Source of the DNA: Thermoplasmata archaeon
Lineage (GTDB): Archaea > Thermoplasmatota > Thermoplasmata > RBG-16-68-12 > JAGMCJ01
Reading direction: 5' to 3'
DNA length: 64,000 bases
Assembly (NCBI GenBank): GCA_023136265.1
Contig: JAGLRN010000002.1
Span: 667-64,666, forward strand
The notes under the pieces are model-generated. The model did not search any database and was not told where the DNA came from. It saw only the letters and a list, made by a program, of their open reading frames with translations. Made by a program: the position numbers and the translations under genes. Shown in pieces: positions 19,576-32,461 of this stretch. Numbering within the stretch: position 1 is the first letter of the stretch; each line of letters starts with the position of its first letter.

Positions 19576-20367
19576 TTGAGGTGTCACAAGAGAATCATCC
19601 TTCTCGCAGTCTGCATCGTTGTCACATCTCTTCTCTTGCCGACCACGAGTGCTGGTCTCCTCCATTTTCGGGAAGTCACGGGCTCACTAATCGTCCAGAG
19701 CGACACGAACATCTCGTTGATGGTTGTGGATGTCTGGATATTCCTCAGGGAAGAGTATTCTGTGGGCTACGGCAACTTCACTCTGTACAACCGGGACAAT
19801 GAAACGGCTTCATTCACTCTGGGCTTCGATCCAGGGGGATCTATCGACACGGCAGCCGCCAAAGTGGATAACTCCTCTGTTCCTTTGCGTTGGGGCCGTC
19901 TTGACAACACCGAGATGCCCGTGTTCGACACTTCTATCGAGGCGATGAGCTTCCAGAATGTCTCGGTTTCTTGGATGGCGAGGTCGAAGTACTGGGACTA
20001 CTCCCGGAATCCCTTCATATCTGGAGTGGAGGCATGGGAGGCCCGCTACGACATAATAGGAACTCGAGCCTGGCCCGATGGCATAGAGAATGTGACGGTG
20101 AGGTTCGTCACCGACTGCGAGGCCTTCCGTGACCCCCGCTCACCTGTGCCTCCGACTCAGAGGTTCCTCGACGACAACGGGAGGGAGGTTCTGCTTTTCG
20201 AACGCGGGGGGCAATTCACTGAGATTGGCCTCGTGGTCACGGGAGACACGATCGAGGTTTGGGATCGATGGTGTTTTTTAGGACTTCTCATAGCAGCACT
20301 CGTTGGTCTCGCTGTTGTGTGGATAAGGAGAACGCATACCAGTGGCAAGCGTTTCTTCAGGCGGTAA
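19576..20367 (+). CDS. Secreted/membrane-anchored hypothetical protein
   Basis: Signal peptide, beta-rich domain, C-terminal TM plus basic tail. Confidence 0.7.
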   Translation: MRCHKRIILLAVCIVVTSLLLPTTSAGLLHFREVTGSLIVQSDTNISLMVVDVWIFLREEYSVGYGNFTLYNRDNETASFTLGFDPGGSIDTAAAKVDNSSVPLRWGRLDNTEMPVFDTSIEAMSFQNVSVSWMARSKYWDYSRNPFISGVEAWEARYDIIGTRAWPDGIENVTVRFVTDCEAFRDPRSPVPPTQRFLDDNGREVLLFERGGQFTEIGLVVTGDTIEVWDRWCFLGLLIAALVGLAVVWIRRTHTSGKRFFRR

Positions 20368-20574
20368 ACAACGAAACACGGCTCTTGATCGGATATGGCA
20401 TGGGATTCGCGGTGCTTTTCATCAGCACAGCATTACTCTGCAAGTTGTCGGACTCCAATGAGAACCACGACATTCCTAGCCCCCGTATCTTCACCAGCTC
20501 CGCGACCAGCTCTGAGGAGGCAATAATTGCCGCCATAAAAACCTTAAATATCCTCGAACACGATGGACTCTCGG

Positions 20575-20647
20575 GCCGAGGTGACAGAGCGGCCAATGTG
20601 ACCGCCTGCAGAGCGGTTTTGTGGGGGTTCGACTCCCTCCCTCGGCA
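20575..20647 (+). tRNA. tRNA-Cys(GCA)
   Basis: GCCGAGG/CCTCGGC acceptor, ACCGC-CTGCAGA-GCGGT anticodon arm, TTCGACT T-loop. Confidence 0.96.
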
Positions 20648-20661
20648 CTTTGGTGAAAATC

Positions 20662-22065
20662 ATGCTCGTCTACAACACACTGACGCACAAGAAGGAGGAG
20701 TTCGTTCCTCTCAAGGGCAACAGAGTGACAATGTTCGTCTGCGGCGTCACTCCCTACGATTACTCGCACCTGGGACACGCGAAGACGTACGTCGCGTTCG
20801 ACGCCATCGCGAGATACCTCAGGCACAAGGGGTACAACGTCCTCTACGTCCAGAACGTCACGGACGTGGATGACCACATCATCAACAGGTCGGCGGAGAC
20901 GGGCGTCTCAGAGCCGGAGCTCGCGGAGAAGTACTTCAAGCACTTCCGGGAGGACATGGAGGCCCTCGGCGTCGAGAGCATCAACATATTCGCGAAGGCG
21001 ACGGAGTTCATGGCCGAGATAATCGAGCAGATCAGCGGGCTCATCGAGAAGGGCTACGCGTACGATGTCGACGGGAACGTCTACTTCGAGGTCCGCAAGT
21101 TCAAGGGCTTCGGGAAGCTCTCTCGCCAGAAACTCGACAAGCTGAAGCCGGGGGCGAGGGTCGAGGTCGACGAGAGCAAGCGCAACCCGGAGGACTTCGC
21201 GCTGTGGAAGAAGCAGAAGCCGGGCGAGCCCGCGTGGGAAAGCCCCTGGGGGATGGGAAGGCCCGGCTGGCACATCGAGGACACCGCGATAGCCATGACG
21301 CACTTCGGAGAGCAGTACGACATCCACGGCGGGGCGACGGAGCTCATCTTCCCGCACCACGAATCCGAGATCGCTCAGGCCGAGGCCCTCACGGGCGTGG
21401 AGCCGTACGTCAAGTACTGGCTACACACGGGCATACTGAACGTCGAGGGGGAGAAGATGGCGAAGTCCCTGGGCAACTTCTGGACTATCAGGGATGCTCT
21501 GACCGAGTACATGCCCGAGGTCCTGCGGTTCTTCCTTCTGCACGCGCACTACAGGAGCCCGATAGACTTCAGCAAGGACCAGCTGGAGGAGGCGAAGAGG
21601 AGCTATCAGCGGCTGGTCGATTCGCTCGAGACCGCGAAGCAGTTCCTGCCGAGAGCGGGGAGCGGGGAGACCGATTCCGGAAAGCGGCTCGTGGAATCGG
21701 CGGAGAAGGCGGAGAAGCAGTTCGAGGAGGTCATGGACGACGATTTCAACACGCGCGAGGCCATAAGCCTGCTTTTCGAGCTCGCGAGAGAGCTCAACGT
21801 GGCGGTCGACAAGAATGCAGACAAGGATTCCGTCGAGAGGGGTCTCGGGACATTCACGAAGCTGGCGGGCGTCCTCGGGCTCTTCCCGGAAAGGGAGGCT
21901 CAGACCGAGGCAATCGACAGGATTCTCGAGCTGATTGTGGAGATCAGAGAGAGGGCAAGGTCAAAGAAGGACTACGAGACGGCGGACTGGATTAGGAGCG
22001 AGCTAGAGAAGCTGGGAATCCGTCTCGAGGACACCGGGAAAGGAGTTGTCAAGAAGGCCCGCTAA
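20662..22065 (+). CDS. cysS: Cysteine--tRNA ligase
   Basis: CGVTPYD.SHLGH, DFALWK, GRPGWHIE, FPHHE, KMAKS. Confidence 0.97.
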   Translation: MLVYNTLTHKKEEFVPLKGNRVTMFVCGVTPYDYSHLGHAKTYVAFDAIARYLRHKGYNVLYVQNVTDVDDHIINRSAETGVSEPELAEKYFKHFREDMEALGVESINIFAKATEFMAEIIEQISGLIEKGYAYDVDGNVYFEVRKFKGFGKLSRQKLDKLKPGARVEVDESKRNPEDFALWKKQKPGEPAWESPWGMGRPGWHIEDTAIAMTHFGEQYDIHGGATELIFPHHESEIAQAEALTGVEPYVKYWLHTGILNVEGEKMAKSLGNFWTIRDALTEYMPEVLRFFLLHAHYRSPIDFSKDQLEEAKRSYQRLVDSLETAKQFLPRAGSGETDSGKRLVESAEKAEKQFEEVMDDDFNTREAISLLFELARELNVAVDKNADKDSVERGLGTFTKLAGVLGLFPEREAQTEAIDRILELIVEIRERARSKKDYETADWIRSELEKLGIRLEDTGKGVVKKAR

Positions 22066-22227
22066 AGGGTCGTTTTCGCGGGACCATCATATTTAAGCCT
22101 TTCCCAGAAAAAACGTGGCAGAAAAGACACCATCCAGATAGTCCAAAAATCATTATATAGTCGACGGGCTATGGAGTAAGCGCGAAGAAATGGGATGCAC
22201 AGACGTTGAGAAATGGCTGAGGTTTAG

Positions 22228-24126
<1,899 letters not shown>

Positions 24127-24134
24127 GTGGTCGA

Positions 24135-26669
24135 TTGGAGGAGGAAGCAGAGACTAGGACCACAAAGAGACCGATAGAGAAGGAGATGGAGAGCTCCTAC
24201 ATCGACTACGCGATGAGCGTGATCGTCGGAAGGGCCCTTCCCGATGTCAGGGACGGTCTGAAACCCGTTCACCGTAGGATCCTGTATGCGATGAAGGACA
24301 TGGGGCTGGACTCGTCGAAGCCCCACAAGAAATGCGCCAGGGTCGTTGGGGAGACCCTTGGAAAATACCATCCACACGGAGACCAGGCCATATACGACGC
24401 CCTCGTGAGAATGGCGCAGGACTTCAGCCTGAGATACATGCTCATCGACGGTCACGGCAACTTCGGATCGGTCGACGGGGACGAGGCCGCCGCGATGAGA
24501 TACACGGAATGCAGGCTAGTGAAAATGGCGGATGAGCTGCTGACCGACATCAACAAGGAAACCGTGGACTTCGTCGACAACTTCGACGGCTCGCTGAAGG
24601 AGCCGACGGTTCTGCCCTCGAAACTCCCGAACCTCCTGGTCAACGGCTCTAGCGGGATAGCCGTGGGGATGTCCACGAACATGCCTCCCCACAACCTCTC
24701 CGAGGTGGTCGACGGCATAGTGCTCCTGATCGAGAATCCCGACGCGGACACGAGGGAGCTTCTCGAGGTCATAAAGGGCCCGGATTTCCCCACTGGCGGG
24801 ATCCTCTACGGGACCAGGGGAGTCGTGGAAGCGTATCACATGGGAAGGGGCGTCGTCCGCATTCGCGCAAAGGTGGAGATGGAGTCCGTCAAGAAGAAGC
24901 GATCCATCGTTGTCACCGAGATCCCGTACATGGTCAACAAGTCCACTCTCCTCGAGAAGATAGCCCACCTGGTCAGGGACAGGCAGATCGACGGGATCGT
25001 CGACCTGAGGGACGAGAGCGACAGGGAGGGAATGAGGATCGTCATGGACCTCAGGAGAGACGCCAATGAGGAAGTGATCCTGAACCAGCTCTACGCAAGG
25101 ACGCAGATGCAGTCCACCTTTGGAATCATAAACATCGCTCTCGTCGACGGGGCACCGAAGGTCCTGACGCTCAAGGAGATACTCCAGTGCTTCATCGAGT
25201 TCAGGGAGGAGATAGTCAGAAAGCGCACGGAGTTCGATCTGAACAAGGCGATGGAGAGGAAGCATATCGTCGAGGGCCTGATCACGGCCATTGACAACCT
25301 GGACGATGTCATCGCCCTCATCAGGAAGTCGAAGGACGCGGAGGAGGCGAGAAACGGCCTCATCGAGAAATACGAACTGACGGAGATCCAGGCCAGGGCC
25401 ATCCTGGAGATGAGGCTCCAGAAGCTGACGGGACTAGAGATAGAGAACCTCCGCAAGGAGATGGAAGAGCTCAAGAAGACGATAGAGGAGCTGGAGAGCA
25501 TCCTGGCGTCGGAGGAGAGGATCCTCCAGATAATCAAGGACGAGGTTCTGGAGCTAAAGGAGAAGTACGGCGACGAGAGGAAGACGGAGATAGACACGCA
25601 CCCGCAGGACCTCGAGATCGAGGACCTCATCCCGGTCGAGGATGTCGTCGTGACCATCACGAACACCGGCTACATCAAGCAGCTCCCGCTCGACACATAC
25701 AGGAAGCAGAGGAGAGGCGGCGTCGGCCTCATCGGCATGGAGACGAAGGAGGAGGACTACATCGTCGACATGTTCGTCACCTCCACGCACAATGACATTC
25801 TCTTCTTCACGACCAAAGGACGAGTCCACTGGCTGAGGGCCTGGAGACTGCCCAGGGGAGGGAGGCACGCGAAGGGAAAGCCCATCGTGAACCTACTCCC
25901 GAGACTGGAAAAGGGAGAGAGCATCAGTGCAATGATCCCGATCAAGGAGTACGACGAATCCCACTATCTCGTTTTCGCGACCCGCAGAGGGAAGATAAAG
26001 AAGACCGCTCTGACAGCCTACAGTCACCATAGGGTCACTGGGATATGGGCGATAAAGCTCCGGGAGGGCGACAGCCTCGTGGGCGTGAACCTGTCCGACG
26101 GAGGCAAGGAGATCGTGCTCGCCACGAGGCAAGGCAAGGCGGCCAGATTCTCGGAGAAGGAATTCCGCGCGACCGGTAGATACACGATGGGAGTCAAGGG
26201 CGTCACCCTGAGGGGGAACGACAGAGTGGCAAGCCTCGCGGTGGTCGACGAGGACTCCGTGCTGCTCACCATCACCGAGAACGGATACGGGAAGCGATCT
26301 CTGGTGTCCTCATATCGAAGAACGAGGAGAGGCGCGATGGGAGTGATAACGATAGTCACGAGCAAGAGGAACGGGCTCGTTGTCTGCGCCAAGAAGGTCG
26401 ATGAGGAGGACGAGCTGATAATCACGAGCGTCAAGGGGATGACCATAAGGATTCCGGTCGCCGGGATACGGGTGATGGGAAGGGCGACCATGGGAGTCAA
26501 GATGATGAGGATGAAAGGGAAGGACAAGGTCGAGGCGGTGGCAAGGCTGGTCACCGAGGAGCTGGCCGAGGTGGAGGAGCCCGAGGCCGAGGAACCCAAG
26601 TCAGTCGAGGGAGTCAAAATCGACTTCGACGCCCAGTCCCGGTCTTCCGGAGACGATGAGAAGGCCTGA
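24135..26669 (+). CDS. gyrA: DNA gyrase subunit A
   Basis: [24 protein letters not shown], GyrA-box QRRGGVG, acidic tail. Confidence 0.98.
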   Translation: MEEEAETRTTKRPIEKEMESSYIDYAMSVIVGRALPDVRDGLKPVHRRILYAMKDMGLDSSKPHKKCARVVGETLGKYHPHGDQAIYDALVRMAQDFSLRYMLIDGHGNFGSVDGDEAAAMRYTECRLVKMADELLTDINKETVDFVDNFDGSLKEPTVLPSKLPNLLVNGSSGIAVGMSTNMPPHNLSEVVDGIVLLIENPDADTRELLEVIKGPDFPTGGILYGTRGVVEAYHMGRGVVRIRAKVEMESVKKKRSIVVTEIPYMVNKSTLLEKIAHLVRDRQIDGIVDLRDESDREGMRIVMDLRRDANEEVILNQLYARTQMQSTFGIINIALVDGAPKVLTLKEILQCFIEFREEIVRKRTEFDLNKAMERKHIVEGLITAIDNLDDVIALIRKSKDAEEARNGLIEKYELTEIQARAILEMRLQKLTGLEIENLRKEMEELKKTIEELESILASEERILQIIKDEVLELKEKYGDERKTEIDTHPQDLEIEDLIPVEDVVVTITNTGYIKQLPLDTYRKQRRGGVGLIGMETKEEDYIVDMFVTSTHNDILFFTTKGRVHWLRAWRLPRGGRHAKGKPIVNLLPRLEKGESISAMIPIKEYDESHYLVFATRRGKIKKTALTAYSHHRVTGIWAIKLREGDSLVGVNLSDGGKEIVLATRQGKAARFSEKEFRATGRYTMGVKGVTLRGNDRVASLAVVDEDSVLLTITENGYGKRSLVSSYRRTRRGAMGVITIVTSKRNGLVVCAKKVDEEDELIITSVKGMTIRIPVAGIRVMGRATMGVKMMRMKGKDKVEAVARLVTEELAEVEEPEAEEPKSVEGVKIDFDAQSRSSGDDEKA

Positions 26670-27671
26670 TTCGAACCCGAGCGCGCCCTTGGCGAAGTCA
26701 TTCGGGAACGTGAAATGGGAGTCTAGGTCCAGGAACTCGACCGTGCTTCCGGAGAGTGCCAGGTGGAGACCCGCCGCGATCGACAGGGCGGACTCGGAGT
26801 AGCACCCGACCTGCGTGCCGGCGTTGAATGCATCGCAGATGGAGTCTATCTTCAGTGACTCGGTTATCCCGCCGCATTTGAGGATTTTGATGTTCAGAAG
26901 GCGGGCAATCCCGCCCGCGAGCATCGAAGCGGCCTCCTGGGAGGTCTTGAACGACTCGTCTGCCATGATCGGGACGATGGAGAGGTCGCTCAGCTTCTTC
27001 AGAGAGGCGTAATCATTTCGGGACACTGGCTGCTCGAGATACGCGAGACCCATATCCCTGGTCCTCTTGACGAATTCAACGGCCTTCTCGTACGAGTAGC
27101 CCTGGTTGGCGTCAACGGAGAGCACGATATCACGGGGTACCGCCTCCCTCACGGCCATGAGTCTGGCTATGTCCTCGTCTATGTCAAGACCGATCTTCAT
27201 CTTTATGGCCTTGAAGCCGCGAGAAACGACTTGTGTCGCCCTCTCGAGGGTATGGTCGAAATCGATGATGCCAATCGACATGTCCGTCATCATTCTGTCC
27301 CTGCTCCCGCCAAGGATGTCGTAGAGAGGCCTGCCGGATGCTTTCCCAATCAGATCCCAGAGCGCGATGTCCAGACATGCCCTGGCGCAATTGCTTTCCG
27401 GGCGCGAGGAAGCCATCTTCTCGTTGAGAGCTTGAATCTCCGTCGCCTCACCTCCGATGAGCTCCTTACTCAGGGTCTGGAGGTCCTTGCGGATGCTGTC
27501 GGGCGTCTCGCCTGTGACGCTGGAAGGGCAGCAGCTTCCCAATCCGCAGAAGTCCTCGGTCTCGATCCTGGCGACGAAGTTGAGAGCCGATTTAGATGTG
27601 CCCGTGGCGATTGTGAACTCTTCCTCCCGCTCAAGGAGGACTTCCCTGAAGTCGATTCCTCTAATCCGCAC
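26601..27671 (-). CDS. Dipeptide (L-Ala-D/L-Glu) epimerase, enolase superfamily
   Basis: [31 protein letters not shown]. Confidence 0.85.
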   Translation of the reverse strand: MRIRGIDFREVLLEREEEFTIATGTSKSALNFVARIETEDFCGLGSCCPSSVTGETPDSIRKDLQTLSKELIGGEATEIQALNEKMASSRPESNCARACLDIALWDLIGKASGRPLYDILGGSRDRMMTDMSIGIIDFDHTLERATQVVSRGFKAIKMKIGLDIDEDIARLMAVREAVPRDIVLSVDANQGYSYEKAVEFVKRTRDMGLAYLEQPVSRNDYASLKKLSDLSIVPIMADESFKTSQEAASMLAGGIARLLNIKILKCGGITESLKIDSICDAFNAGTQVGCYSESALSIAAGLHLALSGSTVEFLDLDSHFTFPNDFAKGALGFESGLLIVSGRPGLGVEVDFDSLD

Positions 27672-28353
27672 TCTTCCCCCTCGCCGAGTCCAGTGGATAG
27701 CTGTCGCACAAGCCCGCAAGTTCGCAATCGTAGCAGAACGGGGCTATCGGTCTGCAGACGTCCTGACCGAACCTCACGAAGAGCTCGTTCAACCTGACCC
27801 AGTACCTCTCGGGAACGACGTTCGAGAGAGATTCCTCCGTCTGGTCGGGATTCTTCGTTCGCACGAGTCCCAGCCTGTTCGAAATCCGGTGCACGTGCGT
27901 GTCCACCGGGATGGCGGGCTTTCCGAATGCGTAGACGAGCACGCAGTTCGCCGTCTTCCTTCCCACCGCTGGAAGTTTCAGTAGGGAATCGAGGTCCTCG
28001 GGGACGTTGCCTTCATACTCGTTCACAAGAAGAGAGGCGACCCGCTTGATGTTACCCGCCTTCACCCTGTAGAATCCTGCTGGTTTGATGAGGCTTTCAA
28101 CCTCGTGAACGTCGGCGCCCGCCAAGGACTCCGGTGTCGGGAAGACCTCGAAGAGGTTCGTGGCGGCCCGGTTCGTGTTCTCATCCTTCGTCCTGTGCGA
28201 GAGGATTGTGGATATCAGCACGCGGTAGGGGTCCCTCATCTGACGGCTTATCGCCGTCCCTTTGCCCTTGCCTGGAAAGGCCCCAACGTGGTATCGGCGG
28301 GACAGAAGCCCCATCATCTCATCGATCCTCCCGCCAGCCTTTGATTTCGTCAT
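27661..28353 (-). CDS. nth: Endonuclease III
   Basis: HhH LPAVGRKTAN, VDTHV, C-x6-C-x2-C-x5-C 4Fe-4S motif; real gene is the 3' part of the 655-aa track ORF. Confidence 0.93.
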   Translation of the reverse strand: MTKSKAGGRIDEMMGLLSRRYHVGAFPGKGKGTAISRQMRDPYRVLISTILSHRTKDENTNRAATNLFEVFPTPESLAGADVHEVESLIKPAGFYRVKAGNIKRVASLLVNEYEGNVPEDLDSLLKLPAVGRKTANCVLVYAFGKPAIPVDTHVHRISNRLGLVRTKNPDQTEESLSNVVPERYWVRLNELFVRFGQDVCRPIAPFCYDCELAGLCDSYPLDSARGKSAD

Positions 28354-28437
28354 GAGGCGATGACAGTTATCCAAGCCAGAATGATAAAAGTATGCTTGGA
28401 CAACAAGGTATAAATGGAGGCAGATTAATCGCAACAC

Positions 28438-29637
28438 GTGCACCCCTCTGAAGCTATCCTGAGCGTCAAGAGCGACAAGCTCGAAGGCGAGACCATCGTG
28501 ATAGGGATAACCGGAAGCATTGCGGCCGTCGAGTCCGTCAAGCTCATTCGCGAGCTGATTCGACACGGCGCCGACATCATTCCCGTGATGTCCAAGGAAG
28601 CGGAGAGGATAGTGCATCCGAACTCCATCGAGTTCGCGAGCGGAAAGAAGCCCATCGTCGAGCTGGACGGCAGTGTCCCCTATGTCGGGCTCTGCGGGGC
28701 CAGTGGCACGGCTAGTGCGCTGTTGGTGGCTCCGGCGACGGCGAACACGATATCGAAGATCGCCTGCGGGATTGCGGACACGCCCATCACGACGTTCGCC
28801 TGCGCGGCACTCGGATCGGAAATCCCTGTTCTCATCGCACCATCGATGCACGAGTCCATGTATCGGCAGAAGATACTGAAGGAGAACATGAAGAGGCTCG
28901 CGAGACTGGGCGTCGTTTTCATCGGCCCGAGCGTGGAAGAGAACAAGGCGAAGATGGCGGGCATCGAGGAGGTCGTCTCCGCTCTCATCAGGACCCTGTC
29001 CGAGCCCGACCTGAAAGGGAAGAAGGTCGTCGTCATCGCTGGCTCCACGGAAGAAGAGGTAGACGACGTCAGGGTCATCACGAACCGAACTTCGGGCCGC
29101 ATGGGTGTAGAGCTTGCGAGGGACGCCTATGAGCGAGGTGCGACGGTCGAGCTCTGGATCGGCAAGGCAGAGGTGAGTCCCCCGCCCTTCGTCAAGGTGA
29201 GGAGGTTCACCTCGGTCTCGGACCTCTCGAAGCTTGTCAAGAACATCCGGTGCCACTACTGCGCCGTTCCGGCGGCGATATCCGATTTCCGCCCGAAGAA
29301 GGTCAAGGGCAAGGTAAGCTCGAAGGAGAAGTCGCTTACGATCGAGATGACGCCGACGCCGAAGATCATCGACGCCATCAGGAGAAAGAGCAAGAGGACG
29401 AAGATCATCGGCTTCAAGCTGGAATCCCGGCTCTCCGAGTCCGAGATGAGGGAGAAGGCGCTCGAGAAACTGAAGAGCGCGAAGCTTGACCTGATCATCG
29501 CGAACGATGTCAGGACGATAGGCCGAGACCGCGCCAATATCATTCTCCTGGACAAGTCCGGAACCTCGAAGAGCGTATCCGGCACGAAGGCAACACTGGC
29601 ACATCACATATGGAGCGCTGCCATACATGGCCTATGA
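28438..29637 (+). CDS. coaBC: Phosphopantothenoylcysteine decarboxylase/ligase
   Basis: GITGSIAA, APATANT, APSMH, VRVITNRTSG.MG. Confidence 0.95.
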   Translation: MHPSEAILSVKSDKLEGETIVIGITGSIAAVESVKLIRELIRHGADIIPVMSKEAERIVHPNSIEFASGKKPIVELDGSVPYVGLCGASGTASALLVAPATANTISKIACGIADTPITTFACAALGSEIPVLIAPSMHESMYRQKILKENMKRLARLGVVFIGPSVEENKAKMAGIEEVVSALIRTLSEPDLKGKKVVVIAGSTEEEVDDVRVITNRTSGRMGVELARDAYERGATVELWIGKAEVSPPPFVKVRRFTSVSDLSKLVKNIRCHYCAVPAAISDFRPKKVKGKVSSKEKSLTIEMTPTPKIIDAIRRKSKRTKIIGFKLESRLSESEMREKALEKLKSAKLDLIIANDVRTIGRDRANIILLDKSGTSKSVSGTKATLAHHIWSAAIHGL

Positions 29638-30517
29638 TGCCGTCGCCTTCTGTCCCGGGCACATCACGGGCATTTTCGAGGTCTGTCCTGACGAGGACCC
29701 TCACAAGATGGGCTCCAGAGGTGTGGGGATATGCATTTCCCTCGGAGTTCACACGGGCGTGGTCGCCACTGAGTCCGACGCGACCTCGGTCAACGTGAGG
29801 ATAAACGGTCAGCCATCCGAAGCGCCCGTGACGAAGAAGGCGATCGAGAACCTCCGCATCGAGCGGGACGTGCACATCGAGGTCAACAGCGAGGCTCAGC
29901 TGCCCGTGTCCCAGGGATTCGGGATGAGCGGGGCGGGAGCGTTGAGTTCCATGATCGCCGTCAAGGAAGCCCTGGGCTTGGAACTGCCCCGGGACGAGGT
30001 CGTGCGAGCGGCCCACAAGGCGGAGGTCGAATGCATGACAGGGCTCGGCGACGTTCTTCCCCAGTCCGTTGGGGGACTCGTCGTGAGGACGGAGCCTGGG
30101 GCTGCACCGCACGGAGAGGTCCAGAGGTTCGAAAGGGAGGGCGATGTCGTCCTTTGCGTCGTGGGTCCTCCGCTCTCCACGAAAGATGTCCTGTCCGATG
30201 AGGCGATCGTAGCCAGGATAGGCAAAGTTGGGCGGCAATATGTCAACACGTTTCTGAACGAGACATCCTTGGACAACTTCCTCCACCTCTCCCTCGAGTT
30301 CGCCAGGGAAGCGGAGCTCATCCCGGAGACGGTGGAAGAGGCTGTGGAGAACTGCAAGGAGTTCGGAGTGGCGAGCATGTCGATGCTCGGGAACTCGGTC
30401 TTCGCCGTAGGCGAGGCGGAGAACCTGAGATACAGGCTTCTGGATTTCGGCAAGACCTTCGTGTGCCCCATCGACAACGAGGGCGCGCGCCTCGTCTCCC
30501 CTACTCCAGAAGAGTGA
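29627..30517 (+). CDS. Pantoate kinase (GHMP family)
   Basis: FCPGHITGIF, GSRGVG, P.SQGFGMSGA, TGLGDV, SMSMLGNSVF. Confidence 0.9.
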   Translation: MAYDAVAFCPGHITGIFEVCPDEDPHKMGSRGVGICISLGVHTGVVATESDATSVNVRINGQPSEAPVTKKAIENLRIERDVHIEVNSEAQLPVSQGFGMSGAGALSSMIAVKEALGLELPRDEVVRAAHKAEVECMTGLGDVLPQSVGGLVVRTEPGAAPHGEVQRFEREGDVVLCVVGPPLSTKDVLSDEAIVARIGKVGRQYVNTFLNETSLDNFLHLSLEFAREAELIPETVEEAVENCKEFGVASMSMLGNSVFAVGEAENLRYRLLDFGKTFVCPIDNEGARLVSPTPEE

Positions 30518-30809
30518 AGAGCCTGTTGTCCCCTCCGGTCTCGAAGAGGCCCAGCCTGGCACCTGCGTCCAACCAACCGTGCGCGTAGTTGATGCACCCG
30601 TAGGCGTTCACGAGGTCCCCTTTCTCGTAGAAGTGGATCGCGTCCTTGAAATAGGAGGTGCTCATCAGAAGGAAGTCCTCGGCGACCTTTCGAAGGTGCG
30701 ATTTCTCGGGCGACGCGATTACCACCTTGTCAAGAGCCCTTCGCGTGATCTCAATGTCCTTTTCCACGAGGTCTGATCCGATCTCCAAGATGGACACCGA
30801 TGACCCCAT
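30501..30809 (-). CDS. DUF357 family protein
   Basis: SYFKDA.HF...GD..NA...INYAHGWLDAGARLG. Confidence 0.85.
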   Translation of the reverse strand: MGSSVSILEIGSDLVEKDIEITRRALDKVVIASPEKSHLRKVAEDFLLMSTSYFKDAIHFYEKGDLVNAYGCINYAHGWLDAGARLGLFETGGDNRLFTLLE

Positions 30810-30831
30810 TCCCAGAAGCGTATTAATCCTT

Positions 30832-32334
30832 TTAGCCCTCGATCACGTTGATGGACTTCCCACCGTGCTCGGACTCCCTTGACCTAACCTCGACGAAGAG
30901 TGGGGACGTTATGTTCCCTCCCACGACCAAAGCAACGCCGATCGGAAGCCTTTGGATCTCATCGGTCATTCCGGGTGTCAGGCCTTCCACGGACGCCACG
31001 ATGGCTTTCAAGTCGTTCGGGTTGGTCAGCTTCAGGATGATCTGGGTGTTGCACTGGCTCAGGACGTTCTTGTCGATCTTCGCGGCTCTCTGCGACAGAA
31101 CTAGCAGTCCGAGGCCGAACTTCCTCCCCTCGGAGGCGATCGTTCTCAGGATCTTGGAGGAAGCCGCCGTTCCCTGCTGCGGGCAGAAATTGTGCGCCTC
31201 CTCCATGACGAGCATGAGCGGGGGGATCTTGTTGAGTTTTCTGAGCTCGAAGAGCGCGGTCGCAAGCCTGTTGACTATGAGCTCCTGGATATCTGGAGCC
31301 GCACCCTTCAGGTTCATGATCGATGTACCGCCCTTGGTAATCAAATCATCGATCTTCGTGCCCTCCCTTGCGAAAATCTCGACCTCCTTCAGATACTCAA
31401 GCTCGTTGATCAGGCTCGAGTTCGACGGATCATCCTCACTATCCAGGATGGCAATGATGTCCGCCAGGTTGTAGTCCTTGCCCCCGTTCTTGAGGATATC
31501 GAGGGCTCTCCTCAATGACAATAGGTTGGCGCGGACGCTCTTCAGGTTCGTGAGGCCGATGATCTCCCTAGCGTCGAGATTCTTCAGGGTGAACCTGAGC
31601 GGCTTCGCGTCTGGGTTGACCTTCGTGTCAGGAGAGAACTCCATGATCTTGCTGCGATAACTTCTCGGGGACACGCCAAACCTCTTCATCGATTCCGTGT
31701 GTTCGGCGGGCATCTTCATGGACGTGTACTCACCATGGGGATCGATAATCACTGTCGTCACGTCGTGCTTCATGAATTCCTCGATCAGAACGCCCGCAGC
31801 GTAGCTCTTCCCCCCGCCAGTCTTCGCCAGTATGCTGACGTGCCTCTGCACGAGAGAGTTGATGTCGACAAGGATCGGGACATTGTGGCTGCTGAGCATA
31901 CCGAGGTATGCACCTTTCCTCTCGTCCTTGTTGAGCCCGATGACCTCGCAGATCAGGTCCTCGGCGGCCCGGTACACGGCCTCTCCTGCGCGGAAGGGTG
32001 TGTGGGGGACCTGCAGCAGATCCCTGTCGTCCCGGAAGCCGATGATGGAGATCACCGCGATGACCTTCTCCTCTATCTCGATGTCATGGCCCTCGGACAT
32101 CTGCTGGGCCCTCTCGATGGACAGGTCCGTCTTCCTTTGAATGTCGTCCACTTGACCCAGCACGTACCCGCATATCTCGTGGTGGATCTGAACATATTCG
32201 TTCTTTGCGAGGTGCTCCGTCACTGTACACCGCAGAGAAAGGCTCCCTACGTCGCCGTAGACAATTCCTACGGCTTCCGCGGGAGTATCCGCGTGGGATA
32301 TGGATTCTGCTACCTGATCAAAGGATGGTACCAT
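30832..32334 (-). CDS. HerA-like ATPase (HAS barrel plus DUF87)
   Basis: H.SILAKTGGGKS, IIDPHGEY, MEEAHNF, EGRKFG. Confidence 0.88.
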   Translation of the reverse strand: MVPSFDQVAESISHADTPAEAVGIVYGDVGSLSLRCTVTEHLAKNEYVQIHHEICGYVLGQVDDIQRKTDLSIERAQQMSEGHDIEIEEKVIAVISIIGFRDDRDLLQVPHTPFRAGEAVYRAAEDLICEVIGLNKDERKGAYLGMLSSHNVPILVDINSLVQRHVSILAKTGGGKSYAAGVLIEEFMKHDVTTVIIDPHGEYTSMKMPAEHTESMKRFGVSPRSYRSKIMEFSPDTKVNPDAKPLRFTLKNLDAREIIGLTNLKSVRANLLSLRRALDILKNGGKDYNLADIIAILDSEDDPSNSSLINELEYLKEVEIFAREGTKIDDLITKGGTSIMNLKGAAPDIQELIVNRLATALFELRKLNKIPPLMLVMEEAHNFCPQQGTAASSKILRTIASEGRKFGLGLLVLSQRAAKIDKNVLSQCNTQIILKLTNPNDLKAIVASVEGLTPGMTDEIQRLPIGVALVVGGNITSPLFVEVRSRESEHGGKSINVIEG

Positions 32335-32461
32335 CGGTGCACCCCATCGAATCTTAATGGTGTCAGCGAGATAAAAGCTTTTGGAGAGAGCGAGCCACGA
32401 ATATCACTCATGATTCCGGCAGAGCAGGCTTATTATATCTCCAAATCCTCTTTCTATATCG

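Noticed and set aside
20259-20873. ORFs 20259-20873, 20357-20596 and 20491-20877
   Set aside because: They overlap tRNA-Cys and cysS and have no recognisable motifs.
28354-29628. N-terminal 425 codons of the 655-aa minus-strand ORF
   Set aside because: Antisense shadow of coaBC; only the Nth part from ATG 28353 has recognisable motifs.
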